Of a stretch of 17,463 bases of DNA, positions 10,088 through 17,072 are shown one piece after another. Position 1 is the first letter of the stretch. Each line of letters starts with the position of its first letter. Source of the DNA: Candidatus Aegiribacteria sp. (lineage in GTDB: Bacteria; Fermentibacterota; Fermentibacteria; Fermentibacterales; JCC-6); assembly GCA_046498225.1 (NCBI GenBank), contig JAWOBF010000129.1:1-17463 (forward strand), read 5' to 3'. The notes below the pieces were generated by a model that searched no databases, was not told where the DNA came from, and worked only from the letters and a program-made list of their open reading frames with translations. Position numbers and translations under genes: made by a program.

Positions 10088-11402
10088 AAGAGTCCACTTC
10101 GTGGGAATTTGCGGCAGCGGGATGAGTTCCCTGGCGCTCTGGTACGCGGAGCTGGGATACGCTGTCAGCGGCTGTGACAGAGACCCCGGGAATAACGTCG
10201 GTGAACTGAAGAAGGCCGGTATAGAGGTATTTCAGGGGCATCATCCTTCCCATGCAGAGAACGCGGATGTGGTGGTCCATACCGCCGCGGTCCCCGCAGA
10301 CCATCCGGAGCTGGAGGCCGCAAGGCGCTCCGGAAGGCGGGTGCTGCGCAGGAGCGAAGCTCTTGCCGGGCTGGCGAACGGTTCACGGCTTCTGGCAGTG
10401 GCCGGAGCTCATGGAAAGACCACGGCCACCGCAATGACCGGCTGGATCCTGCAGGAATGCGGGCTGGATCCCACGGTAATGGTGGGTGGACATGTTACCG
10501 CATGGGACGGGAATTTCCGGCCGGGTTCCGACATAGCCGTGGTGGAGGCGGACGAGTACGATCGGACCTTCCTCAGGCTGAAACCTGAATCCGCCGCGGT
10601 AACATCCTTCGCCATAGAGCACCTGGAGTGCTACGGGACTCCGGAAGCTCTGTCCCTGGCCTTCGGGATATTCCTGGAAATGACCAGGCCCGGAGGTACT
10701 GTGATAGTTCCTCACATCAACAGAGAACTGGCCGTGTGGGCGGAAAGGATAGGCAGAAAGGTCCTGACCACCGGTCCCGAAGGTGAACTGTTCTGCAGAC
10801 CGGTGCGGGATGGAGGATGGGAACAGGAGTATTCCGTGGAAGGTCACAGGGGTACACTGCCCCTTCCGGGAAGCCATAACCTTAGAAATGCCGAGACCTC
10901 CATCGCCCTGGCCGGTTCGATGGGAGTGGGCATCAGGGAGTCGGTGAAGGCCCTGGAAACGTTTCCCGGAGTCTCCCGCCGGCTGGAGAAGGTGGGAACT
11001 TTCGGCTCCTCACTGCTGGTCTCGGACTACGCCCACCATCCGGACGAGATAAGGGCCGCTCTGCAGGCGGCGTCGGTGATAACCCGGGGGACGGTGGGGG
11101 TAATCTTCCAGCCTCATCTCTACTCCAGGACCGCCGCCCAGGCGGAGGAGATGGGCAGCGCGCTCGCCGGCGCCGCGTGGTCCCTGGTCCTGCCCATATA
11201 CCCGGCCAGGGAAGAACCGCTGCCGGGGGTGACGAGCGACCTGGTGGTGGAGGCCGCGAAAAGGATCGGCGGGGACAGCATGGCCTGCGCCCCGCGGGAG
11301 CTGAAGGAGCTGCTTGAAGGGAAACGGGCCGACGTGGTGATCTTCATGGGTGCCGGCAGCGTGGATTCCTACTGCCGGCAGCTGGCCGGGGTGGAAGCAT
11401 GA
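10080..11402 (+). CDS. murC: UDP-MurNAc:L-Ala ligase MurC
   Basis: HFVGICGSGMSSLA, AVAGAHGKTT, VEADEYD, DYAHHP.EI, IFQPHLYSRT, IYPAREEP and FMGAGS motifs; directly after murG. Confidence 0.92.
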   Translation: MAERVHFVGICGSGMSSLALWYAELGYAVSGCDRDPGNNVGELKKAGIEVFQGHHPSHAENADVVVHTAAVPADHPELEAARRSGRRVLRRSEALAGLANGSRLLAVAGAHGKTTATAMTGWILQECGLDPTVMVGGHVTAWDGNFRPGSDIAVVEADEYDRTFLRLKPESAAVTSFAIEHLECYGTPEALSLAFGIFLEMTRPGGTVIVPHINRELAVWAERIGRKVLTTGPEGELFCRPVRDGGWEQEYSVEGHRGTLPLPGSHNLRNAETSIALAGSMGVGIRESVKALETFPGVSRRLEKVGTFGSSLLVSDYAHHPDEIRAALQAASVITRGTVGVIFQPHLYSRTAAQAEEMGSALAGAAWSLVLPIYPAREEPLPGVTSDLVVEAAKRIGGDSMACAPRELKELLEGKRADVVIFMGAGSVDSYCRQLAGVEA

Positions 11403-12112
11403 AAGGGAGGGGACATCGTGCTTTCTGGGTGCTTCTGGTCGCCAGTCTGTGCGCCTTCGCCCTGGCCATGGGCTACAGGTGGTTCGAAAGGGGAGGAGCC
11501 TTCGACCTGGACATAGTCAGGGTACGGGGAATACGAAGGGCTGACTCGACCGTGGTCTGCCAGGCCGTGAAGCCCCTGTTCGGCAGATCAATCTGGCAGA
11601 TAGACGTCCATCTTCTGGAACGGGAGCTGTCGGCCATTCCGGGAATAGACTCGGCCGTGGTGAGAAGGGCGCCCCTGAGGACCCTTATCCTGGAGCTGAA
11701 GGTATCCCGGCCTTCATTCACGATAAGTGACAGCTCAGGAAGGGTGGCCGTTTCCTCCGCCGGTGAGTTCCTGCCGGACCGCTTCATTTCCGACAGCCTT
11801 CCGGTGGTGGAGGCGTGGACGCAGGTGACCCCGTCCGTATCGGAAAGACTGGCGCAGTGGTTATGCGGCGAGGAGATGATAAGCGAAGAATTTACGTTGA
11901 ACTATACACAGAGAGGTGTATCGGTACTGGTGAATGAACGGTGCCGGGTGCTGCTGGGAAGCGAGGACCTGGAGGGCAGATGGGCGGAGTACACTGTGCT
12001 GGCTCCATCACTGGCCGAAGTGGACGACCTCCGCGAGGTGGACATGAGATACAGTGGCCAGGCTGTTCTGAGGTCCTCTGTCGCCTGTTCGGATGGAAGG
12101 GAGCTTCAGTGA
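11399..12112 (+). CDS. ftsQ: Cell division protein FtsQ/DivIB
   Basis: Single N-terminal TM helix, POTRA-like segment (I.VRG...IWQIDV...IPGIDSAVVRR.P..L.L.L) and C-terminal VDMRY motif; lies between murC and ftsA. Confidence 0.85.
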   Translation: MKGRGHRAFWVLLVASLCAFALAMGYRWFERGGAFDLDIVRVRGIRRADSTVVCQAVKPLFGRSIWQIDVHLLERELSAIPGIDSAVVRRAPLRTLILELKVSRPSFTISDSSGRVAVSSAGEFLPDRFISDSLPVVEAWTQVTPSVSERLAQWLCGEEMISEEFTLNYTQRGVSVLVNERCRVLLGSEDLEGRWAEYTVLAPSLAEVDDLREVDMRYSGQAVLRSSVACSDGRELQ

Positions 12113-13353
12113 CCCAGGAGATGTTCGCCGGAATAGATATCGGCAGCGAGAGCGCGGTCTGCGTCATCGCCGAGGTTGATGAGGATGGTGTACTGCACAT
12201 TACCGGTGCCGGACAGTCGCCAACCTCCGGCAGCGTCCTCGAGGGCGTGATAGTGGACCTTCCGGGTGCGTCACGGGCTGTAGCTCAGGCCACCGCCGAG
12301 GCCGAGTCCCTGTCATCCTGGAAGGTGACCGAAGCCGCGGTTTCCATCAGCGGAGCTCACGTCAGAGGATTTCCCGGAAGGGGAACGGTGAACGTGGAAC
12401 GGGAGGACGAGTTCGTATCGGGGAAGATAGAATGGATGGATATCGAGGACGCGATGGAGACGGCACAGCTCATAAAGCTTCCCCGGGAATCCATGGTTCT
12501 GCGGACGGAGAAATGCGGCTACTCGATCGACGGGTCTAGCATGCTCCGCCGCCCGCCGGTGGGACTGCGGGCCGAAAGGCTCACTGCCGACATATACATG
12601 GTGACAGCTGACAGGACCGCTGTTCTCAACCTGGAGCAGGTGCTCCATGACGCCGGAATCAGGGTGATTTCCATTCATCCGGCGGCATCCGCATCCGCCA
12701 GGTCAGTGCTCACGGTCGACGAGATGGAGATGGGAGTGGTCCTGGCGGACATAGGGGCCAGCACTACCGACCTGGCTGTCTATCATTCCGGAGCCCTTGC
12801 CCATCTCGCGGTGATACCAATGGGCGGTGAGGAGATTACCCGCGCACTTCAGCAGATGAGAATACCCAGGCATGAAGCCGAGAAGCTCAAGAGGGAGACC
12901 GTGGACCTGTCCAGGGACAGAAAGCCCGCCGCAGCGGAGGTCACCGTCAGCACCTTCGGAGGCCGGGGTACCGTGCCCGTGGCCGCGGAGGCTGTGAAGG
13001 AAATAGCCTACAGGAGTATCGGCAGCCTGATGGGAGAGATACTCTGCGAACTCAGGCAGGCGGGAATTCAGGAATCGGATGTGCCGGCGGGAGTGGTTCT
13101 TTCCGGAGGGTCCTCCCACCTGAAGGGGCTGGAGGAGGCCGCCTCCCGAATAATCGGGCTGCCGGTTGTGGTTGGAAGGCCTGGAGGCGTTGACGTGTCA
13201 TCCTCGCTGATCGAGAGCGCGGAGTTCGCCAACGCGGTGGGTCTGGTGCTTCTTTCCCATGAGGAGGAGCATGAATTCGAGCAGATAAGAATGAACGGTC
13301 CGCTGGATAGAGCGGTAACGCGGATCAGAGGATGGATAAGGAAACTGAGATGA
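12109..13353 (+). CDS. ftsA: Cell division protein FtsA
   Basis: AGIDIGS, ADIGASTTD, IPMGG..IT, AEKLK, GVVLSGGSS.L.G, FANAVGL and an amphipathic C-terminal helix (RIRGWIRKLR). Likely start is GTG 12109 overlapping the ftsQ stop (GTGA). Confidence 0.94.
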   Translation: MTQEMFAGIDIGSESAVCVIAEVDEDGVLHITGAGQSPTSGSVLEGVIVDLPGASRAVAQATAEAESLSSWKVTEAAVSISGAHVRGFPGRGTVNVEREDEFVSGKIEWMDIEDAMETAQLIKLPRESMVLRTEKCGYSIDGSSMLRRPPVGLRAERLTADIYMVTADRTAVLNLEQVLHDAGIRVISIHPAASASARSVLTVDEMEMGVVLADIGASTTDLAVYHSGALAHLAVIPMGGEEITRALQQMRIPRHEAEKLKRETVDLSRDRKPAAAEVTVSTFGGRGTVPVAAEAVKEIAYRSIGSLMGEILCELRQAGIQESDVPAGVVLSGGSSHLKGLEEAASRIIGLPVVVGRPGGVDVSSSLIESAEFANAVGLVLLSHEEEHEFEQIRMNGPLDRAVTRIRGWIRKLR

Positions 13354-13370
13354 GGAAAAAAGGAGGAATG

Positions 13371-14525
13371 ATGTTACCTCAGGAGGAAGGACCTAGACTC
13401 CAGATAGTGGATGTCACCGAGGAGTACCACGGCAAACCCAAAATAGTCGTGGTCGGTATCGGAGGGTGCGGCTGCAACGCCATAGACAGGATGCTCAGCG
13501 CTGACATAATCGGGGTTGAGTACATAGCCATGAACACGGACCTTCAGGCCCTGCAGAACTGCGAGCCCGATCTGAAGGTCCAGCTCGGACCGAAACTCAC
13601 AGGAGGTCTGGGCGCCGGTGGTAACGTTGAGACCGGCGAGAGTTCTGCCGAGGAGAGCCGGGACGAGATAGTGGAAAGCCTTCAGGACAGCAGCATGGTC
13701 TTCATAGCCGCCGGAATGGGTGGCGGAACCGGTACCGGGGCGGCTCCGGTAGTGGCCAGGATAGCCAGGGAGCTCAGCGCCATAACCGTGGGAGTGGTGA
13801 CCAGGCCCTTCGAGATAGAGGGGGCGGTCAAGAAGAACAGGGCCGAGCAGGGCATCTCGGCGCTGAGGAAAGAGGTGGATACGCTGATAGTCATTCCCAA
13901 CGACAGCCTTCGCAGGGAAGCGGGAGATGAGGAGACGCTTTCCGATGCGTTCGAGAGGGGGAACAGGACACTTAAGGACGCTGTGGAGGGAATAGCCAAC
14001 ATCATCTCGTCGCCGGGCCTGATGAACCTGGATTTCCAGGATATCAAGAAGGTCATAACCACAGGCGGGGGAGCCATGATGGGCACCGGCTGCTGCAACG
14101 GGGAGCACAGGGCTTCGGAAGCAGCCAGCAGAGCCATCTCCGACCCCCTTCTGGAGAATGTCTCCATTGAAGGGGCGAAATCCCTTCTGGTGAGCATTCA
14201 GGCTTCATCGGGAATGAAGTTCGCCGAATTCCACGAAGCGGTGGAGATCGTAACGAAGGCGGTGGGAGAGCAGGCCGACGTATCGCTTGGCACCAGCATA
14301 GTAGAGAGCATGGAAGACAGGCTGAAGGTTACGGTGATAGCCACCGGGTTCGGCGAGGTGGAAGACACCGATCTGGATTCCATCGACCTGAGGTATTCCG
14401 ACAGGCTGAAATCGAGCAGCGCGGAGAATGTCAGCGACAGGGAAAGAATGCCCTTCATTCTGGGTGCCCCCAGGACGGGAGAAAAGGAGGAAAGAAAGAA
14501 GCAGCCTCCCTTCTTCAAGAGATAG
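13371..14525 (+). CDS. ftsZ: Cell division GTPase FtsZ
   Basis: VVGIGGCGCNA, MNTDLQAL, GLGAGG, tubulin signature GMGGGTGTGAAP, VTRPF..EG, IPND and T7 loop NLDFQD. AGGAGG at 13361-13366 supports ATG 13371 as the start. Confidence 0.97.
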   Translation: MLPQEEGPRLQIVDVTEEYHGKPKIVVVGIGGCGCNAIDRMLSADIIGVEYIAMNTDLQALQNCEPDLKVQLGPKLTGGLGAGGNVETGESSAEESRDEIVESLQDSSMVFIAAGMGGGTGTGAAPVVARIARELSAITVGVVTRPFEIEGAVKKNRAEQGISALRKEVDTLIVIPNDSLRREAGDEETLSDAFERGNRTLKDAVEGIANIISSPGLMNLDFQDIKKVITTGGGAMMGTGCCNGEHRASEAASRAISDPLLENVSIEGAKSLLVSIQASSGMKFAEFHEAVEIVTKAVGEQADVSLGTSIVESMEDRLKVTVIATGFGEVEDTDLDSIDLRYSDRLKSSSAENVSDRERMPFILGAPRTGEKEERKKQPPFFKR

Positions 14526-14641
14526 CGGCCACAGTATAGGGTTTTGCAAATCTATGCTATACAATTAAATAGCACGTTCTTCTAGCGATATGGATTTCAT
14601 TATCTTATATTACCCGCATCTATGAACGGAGGGTAGCGCCT

Positions 14642-16303
14642 ATGAGCAGAAAACCTGCTGCCGAATACTATGATGAACGCCGCCGCAGGCTTTTGGATAA
14701 TGAGATCTGTGATAATGAGTTTTCCGCCAGAGGTATTTTTGAGATAGTCCTTGCCTCCCCCATGAGGTATGGACCCACGATGTCATCTCTCAGATTCCAG
14801 AACACATTCAGGCAGCTGGCTTCCTGGCCGGAGACATGCTGCGAGAGGGCTTTCTTCCCGGAGACGGACGAGTATCACTGGAGAAGCAGGTACGGTTATC
14901 CATCTGTGACTCTGGAGACCGGGAAGTCCATAAAACAGTGCGATCTGATATTTTTCACACCCTCCAGCGAGGATGACTATATAAGGCTCCTGGAGATGAT
15001 GAGGCTTTCCGACATCAGACTCAGGTCCTCTGAACGGTCCGAGAAATGGCCGCTGCTGATAGCCGCCGGCACCACAGTAACCGCCAATCCCATGCCCCTC
15101 GCTGAATTCATGGACGCCTTCGTTATAGGAGAGACGGAGCCCTCCATCGGCCCGGTGCTGGATACCATAAAGAGCCTGGGAGCGCAGGGCGCGTCAAAGA
15201 AGAAGCTTCTCAGGAGGCTTGCGGGCCTTCCCGGCATGTACATACCGTCGGTACATGACATTCCAGGCAAGGTTAGCTCCATCATGCGCCAGTGGGCTGG
15301 TTCCGACGGTATGGGGCTGACATCCTTCATCCATTCACCGGACTGCATAAACAGCGACGTGACAATGCTGGAGATATCGAGGGGCTGTCCCTTCAACTGC
15401 AAGTTCTGCCAGCCCGGATACGTCAGCCTGCCCTACAGGGAATGCAAGCTGGAGGAGCTGGAGAACGTCATCGTTGAGCTTGACGGCGTCAAGACCCTGG
15501 CGCTTCTTGGCAGCTCTCCGAGGTCACACCCGGACATCCGCCGAATAATCAAGGCGGCGTTGAACAGGGACCTGGATGTGGTACTGTGCTCCAACAAGTA
15601 CGAGGATCAGGTATATACCGGTGAGATGAACCAGAAAAGCATCACCGAAAAATCCATTTCGCTGGCGCCGGAGACGGGTAACGATTTCCTGCGGAGGGTG
15701 ATAGGCAAGAAGCTGAAGAACAGGAGCCTGCTGGAGTCCGTGGAAAAACACTCCGCTGACGCAGAGAAGGTCAAGATCTATTTCATGGTAGGTCTTCCGT
15801 TCGAGACAGATGCCGACAGGGCCTCCATCGTGGATTTCGTCGCCGATGTCCGCAGCAGGACGGACCTTCCCATAGATGTGATAGTCAATCCCTTCATACC
15901 CAAGCCCTGGACCGCTTTCCAGTGGTCTCCCATGGCCAATCCAACTGACCTCAGGCAGTGGATAGACCAGCTCAGGAAGGGCTTCGGAAGCATCAGGAAG
16001 GTCAGCGCATGGTTCGGCGACCCCAGGGAAGCCCACATCAGGGCATTGCTTGCCAGGGGTGATCACAGGGTTTGCGCGGTCCTGGAGGAGAGACTGACGG
16101 GAGTCGGCTGGAACACCGCCTTCAAGAAGGCCGGGATAAACATAAGATGGGTGCTGGAAGAGATAGACCCGGACACCGCCTTCGAATGGAACTTCCTCAA
16201 CATGGGTTTCGGACACACCCGTCTGGCCCGGGAGTATCATGCATCCATGTCCATGAACCAGAGCCGCAAGAAGGACAAGGAAAAAGCAGCTGACCAGGAA
16301 TGA
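14642..16303 (+). CDS. Uncharacterised radical SAM protein (resembles the TIGR03960 / COG1032-type B12-binding-like family)
   Basis: CxxxCxxC in EISRGCPFNCKFCQ (15386-15409), plus CERAF.P, NPMPLAEFMDAFVIGE.E, LAPETG, YFMVGLP.ET, FIPKPWTAFQW and LARGD. GGAGGG SD upstream. The family assignment is recalled from motifs, not searched. Confidence 0.85.
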   Translation: MSRKPAAEYYDERRRRLLDNEICDNEFSARGIFEIVLASPMRYGPTMSSLRFQNTFRQLASWPETCCERAFFPETDEYHWRSRYGYPSVTLETGKSIKQCDLIFFTPSSEDDYIRLLEMMRLSDIRLRSSERSEKWPLLIAAGTTVTANPMPLAEFMDAFVIGETEPSIGPVLDTIKSLGAQGASKKKLLRRLAGLPGMYIPSVHDIPGKVSSIMRQWAGSDGMGLTSFIHSPDCINSDVTMLEISRGCPFNCKFCQPGYVSLPYRECKLEELENVIVELDGVKTLALLGSSPRSHPDIRRIIKAALNRDLDVVLCSNKYEDQVYTGEMNQKSITEKSISLAPETGNDFLRRVIGKKLKNRSLLESVEKHSADAEKVKIYFMVGLPFETDADRASIVDFVADVRSRTDLPIDVIVNPFIPKPWTAFQWSPMANPTDLRQWIDQLRKGFGSIRKVSAWFGDPREAHIRALLARGDHRVCAVLEERLTGVGWNTAFKKAGINIRWVLEEIDPDTAFEWNFLNMGFGHTRLAREYHASMSMNQSRKKDKEKAADQE

Positions 16304-16332
16304 CCCTTCAGGCTGCTTCCACAGTGGATATG

Positions 16333-16363
16333 AAAAAGCGGGGACCGGAAGGCCCCCGCTTTT
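16333..16363. terminator. Bidirectional intrinsic terminator between the convergent radical SAM gene and rpmB
   Basis: AAAAAGCGGGGACC-GGAA-GGCCCCCGCTTTT: GC-rich stem with a tetraloop, flanked by A and T tracts. On the minus strand the stem is fully paired (one G-U) and followed by U5. Confidence 0.85.
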
Positions 16364-16385
16364 CTGATACTGAATCCGCCCGCTG

Positions 16386-16574
16386 TCAGGCCTTCTGGAC
16401 CTTGCCGGACCTCAGGCAGCCGGTGCAGACCTTCACCTTCTTCACTTTGCCGTCCAGGAGTATCCTGGCCGTCTGAAGGTTCGGTTTCCAGACGTGCTTG
16501 GTGTGCCGGGTGGAATGGCTTACACGGTTTCCCACGGATGGACCTTTTCCACAGATATCGCATTTCCAGGACAT
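16386..16574 (-). CDS. rpmB: 50S ribosomal protein L28, zinc-ribbon (CxxC...CxxC) form
   Basis: [10 protein letters not shown]....GNRVSHS...TK..WKPNLQ...[19 protein letters not shown] upstream on the minus strand. Confidence 0.96.
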   Translation of the reverse strand: MSWKCDICGKGPSVGNRVSHSTRHTKHVWKPNLQTARILLDGKVKKVKVCTGCLRSGKVQKA

Positions 16575-16670
16575 ATTCAGGCTCCTAATTTCTATATTCA
16601 GATTCCATTGAGAATCAATTCAATAACTAATGGAAGGCCGTTTGGCAAGTCCCGAATGGCGCCGGGGGGG

Positions 16671-16698
16671 TTGACGGGAACCGGATAGTACCCATAAT
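16671..16698 (+). promoter_or_regulatory. Putative sigma70-type promoter of ssrA
   Basis: TTGACG (16671-16676), 16 nt spacer, CATAAT (16693-16698), ending 22 nt before the mature tmRNA 5' end. This fits a short precursor leader. Confidence 0.6.
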
Positions 16699-16720
16699 TG
16701 TTGGGTAAGTGACAGACCAT

Positions 16721-17072
16721 GGGGGCGACAGGTATCGACGGGCTCAGAAGTGGTCTGACGGTTGCATGCCGAGGTGTCCGCGACCTCGTAAATCCTGCGG
16801 ATAGAAACAACTGCCGCATAAATTACGGCACGCCGTTCCGTAAACAGGAACGGCCGTCCCCCCCGGGAGCTGCCTTCCTACCGGGGGTAGGGCGCAAGAC
16901 GGAGGGCTGGCTGTGAAGCCCCGCTTTCAGGCGTAAGCAGCGAGATTAAATGGAAGCTGGTTTCGACAAGGCCGACCGGAGCCGAATCGAAACGAGAGCA
17001 ATCCGGCCTAAGCATGTAGAGCCGACAGGTCCCTGTTCCCGGACGCGGGTTCGAATCCCGCCGCCTCCACCA
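16721..17072 (+). ncRNA. ssrA: tmRNA (transfer-messenger RNA), one-piece form, 352 nt
   Basis: 5' GGGGGCG pairs with CGCCTCC-ACCA (17062-17072) including the G3-U alanine determinant. T arm GCGGG-TTCGAAT-CCCGC; GCATG helix pairing. pk1 is CGAGGT/ACCTCG plus TCCGC/GCGGA; H5 hairpin GCCGTTCC/GGAACGGC. pk2-pk4-like pairings are visible at 16855-17010. Confidence 0.96.

Noticed and set aside
10080..11402. Murein peptide ligase Mpl instead of MurC (GICG N-terminus, atypical TSFAIEHLE segment)
   Set aside because: Position after murG and the GMSSLA, DYAHHP, FQPHLYSRT and MGAG motifs fit MurC better.
619..12112. Near-continuous stop/start overlaps across the dcw cluster
   Set aside because: Real, but translational coupling is a well-known property of dcw operons and is not novel.
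541..13370. ORF-track upstream starts for ftsL (541), murE (2503), murD (6460), ftsW (7812), murG (8927), ftsA (11941) and ftsZ (13332)
   Set aside because: They create long overlaps with the preceding gene. Downstream starts coincide with stop/start overlaps or SD sites and with where family similarity begins.
14555..14574. CIRCE (HrcA) operator
   Set aside because: CIRCE is TTAGCACTC-N9-GAGTGCTAA; the arms here are shorter, in the opposite orientation and do not match.
16819..16821. TAA reassignment as an explanation for the early tag stop (14 of 15 CDS end in TGA, one in TAG, none in TAA)
   Set aside because: No conserved gene here contains an in-frame TAA, TGA bias is normal in GC-rich genomes with ATGA/GTGA overlaps, and read-through would run into pk2 without producing an Ala-Ala ending.
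16719..16916. 65-aa + strand ORF (also 16598-16819 minus and 16494-16688 plus)
   Set aside because: They overlap the tmRNA, its promoter or rpmB. The sequence is explained by RNA structure and none of the ORFs has protein-like features.
17041..17072. Standalone tRNA-Ala
   Set aside because: The acceptor partner lies about 350 nt upstream with pseudoknots in between and no anticodon arm, so this is the tmRNA tRNA-like domain.
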